From Gammaproteobacteria bacterium (GTDB taxonomy: Bacteria; Pseudomonadota; Gammaproteobacteria; Tenderiales; Tenderiaceae), in assembly GCA_024277755.1 (NCBI GenBank), contig JAJRUN010000052.1, positions 4,499 through 68,498 of the forward strand: DNA of 64,000 bases, read 5' to 3'. Shown here one piece after another: positions 62,952-64,000 of the stretch. The translations under genes and the position numbers were made by a program. The notes under the pieces were generated by a model, which was given only the letters and a program-made list of their open reading frames with translations, was not told the DNA's origin and did not search any database. Positions within the stretch are counted from its first letter, which is position 1. Each line of letters begins with the position of its first letter.

Positions 62952-64000
62952 TCAGGCGAATGAAAAACGTTCGAGTGAACGGATAATATTTCTCATTTTC
63001 TCGTCAATTATCATACCTTGCTCAAAATTGGTCAGTGACTTGTCCACACCGTCCTGAACAACCTTTAATAATAAGGCCTCCTGATCTTCCGTCAGGCCAT
63101 AGCTCATAAATGACTCTTCCAGCTCTTTCATAACCCCATCCATGATTTGCATCGATGCCTGTTTTTGTTGCTGCTGCATGGTTTCAATGTCCTGGAGAGT
63201 CTGATTGGAATCAGCCACCAATTGAGCCAACTGTTGTTGCAGCTCTAACGCTTGTAGCCTGGCCTCCGCACCTTCAAGCAAAAGTGCCAGATGATCACGC
63301 AGTCGACCACGCTTTTCTTCATCTTCAGGCATATTTTTAATCAATTGCGTGACACCGCCAAAGTTACCGATAAAGCGTGCTCCACACTCTTTCAATCGTC
63401 CCACATCCTTCAGCTTTGAAAGCAGCTCCTGTTCCAGTGGTGGTATAGGCTCCTTGCTGCTGGCGTTAACAGCCCCAGCCGCTGTACGCAACTGAACGCT
63501 GCTCTCAAGGCCGTAGTTTGAGGTTGCCTCAACAACCAGCTGAGCCAGCTCTTCAATACAGGTGACTGAAAAACTGCTCTTCATAAAATTCACCACCACC
63601 CCTTGCTCACCGGCACTGGAGATAGCGGTCATGGCGGTTTCCATGGCCATGGTCATATCTGTTTCAGCTGCTGTACGTGACTCTTTGTCCTTGATGGCCA
63701 ATTTGACCTTCTGCAACAGTTCACTGGGCTGCACCGGCTTGATCAAATAATCACTGCCACCCGCATCGTAGCCCGCCAGTTTTTCATCGGTTGTGTCATG
63801 AGCAGAAACAAAGATCACATTGATGGCGCTGGTTTCCGGGGTATTTTTAATCAGACGGCAGGTGTCATAGCCATCCATTCCCGGCATTTCCACATCCATC
63901 AAAATCACATCCGGACGGGGTTCCTTATCCGCCAGCTCTAGCGCTTTCTCGCCACTGGTGGCAACCAAAACAGCATAATCCTGTTTCAAATTTTCAAGCA
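62952..64000 (-). CDS. response regulator (REC + about 220-aa C-terminal helical/coiled-coil output domain of unknown function); 5' end beyond window
   Basis: REC motifs DVILMDVEMPGMDG, NVIFVSAHD, DYLIKP. Frame stays open to the window edge (N-terminal about 25 aa missing). C-terminal domain Q/E/L-rich, no DNA-binding or enzymatic motif recognised. Confidence 0.75.
   Translation of the reverse strand, partial: LENLKQDYAVLVATSGEKALELADKEPRPDVILMDVEMPGMDGYDTCRLIKNTPETSAINVIFVSAHDTTDEKLAGYDAGGSDYLIKPVQPSELLQKVKLAIKDKESRTAAETDMTMAMETAMTAISSAGEQGVVVNFMKSSFSVTCIEELAQLVVEATSNYGLESSVQLRTAAGAVNASSKEPIPPLEQELLSKLKDVGRLKECGARFIGNFGGVTQLIKNMPEDEEKRGRLRDHLALLLEGAEARLQALELQQQLAQLVADSNQTLQDIETMQQQQKQASMQIMDGVMKELEESFMSYGLTEDQEALLLKVVQDGVDKSLTNFEQGMIIDEKMRNIIRSLERFSFA

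Overview
This window is a gammaproteobacterial chromosomal segment with a Pseudomonas-like gene order. Coordinates follow the supplied ORF track; features I placed by hand from the printed line numbers may be off by a base or two.

Positions 1 to about 38 kb are a conserved housekeeping backbone, mostly on the minus strand:
- An Rrf2-type regulator (partial), recR, ybaB and dnaX, with the SRP/4.5S RNA gene (ffs) directly upstream of dnaX.
- A stand-alone cNMP-binding protein, a SulP anion transporter and a split YeeE/YedE pair.
- A DUF1439 lipoprotein, a truncated FimV-N-terminal-like ORF, a PhnA-domain protein, uvrB, an aspartate-type aminotransferase and a FimT/GspH-like pseudopilin.
- An orphan OmpR-family response regulator, divergent from a 33-codon Gly/Arg-repeat micro-ORF, then an MsbA-type ABC exporter.
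- The classical metY(tRNA-fMet)-rimP-nusA-infB-rbfA-truB-rpsO-pnp operon. Here pnp carries an in-frame TAA where a conserved Glu codon is expected.
- acpS, pdxJ, recO, era, rnc, a DUF4845-like gene, lepB, lepA, mucD/degP, rseC, rseB, rseA and rpoE, with divergent nadB.

From about 38 kb to the window end lies an accessory, poorly characterised cell-envelope locus arranged as two divergent operons.
- Minus-strand operon (49.1 to 38.1 kb): a secreted CXXCH protein, an 834-aa lipoprotein with an internally duplicated CXXCH domain plus a LamG-like region, a TAT-exported DUF1501-like protein, a small secreted protein and three TPR-repeat (lipo)proteins.
- Plus-strand operon (49.4 to 55.3 kb): an 887-aa lipoprotein combining PD40/TolB-like beta-propeller repeats with two CXXCH motifs, an SH3b plus OMP-barrel gene with an apparent frameshift, a second OMP barrel, a periplasmic WCGPC thioredoxin (TlpA-like), a DUF4266 lipoprotein (GGGCGCN C-terminus) and a DUF3570 protein.
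- These are followed by a two-receiver response regulator, a catalase, a 1522-aa hybrid sensor kinase and another response regulator (partial).

This PSCyt/DUF1501-type locus, with its own thiol-disulfide oxidoreductase and DUF4266/DUF3570 module, is the most plausible previously undescribed system in the window. No CRISPR array, rRNA or clear mobile element was seen.
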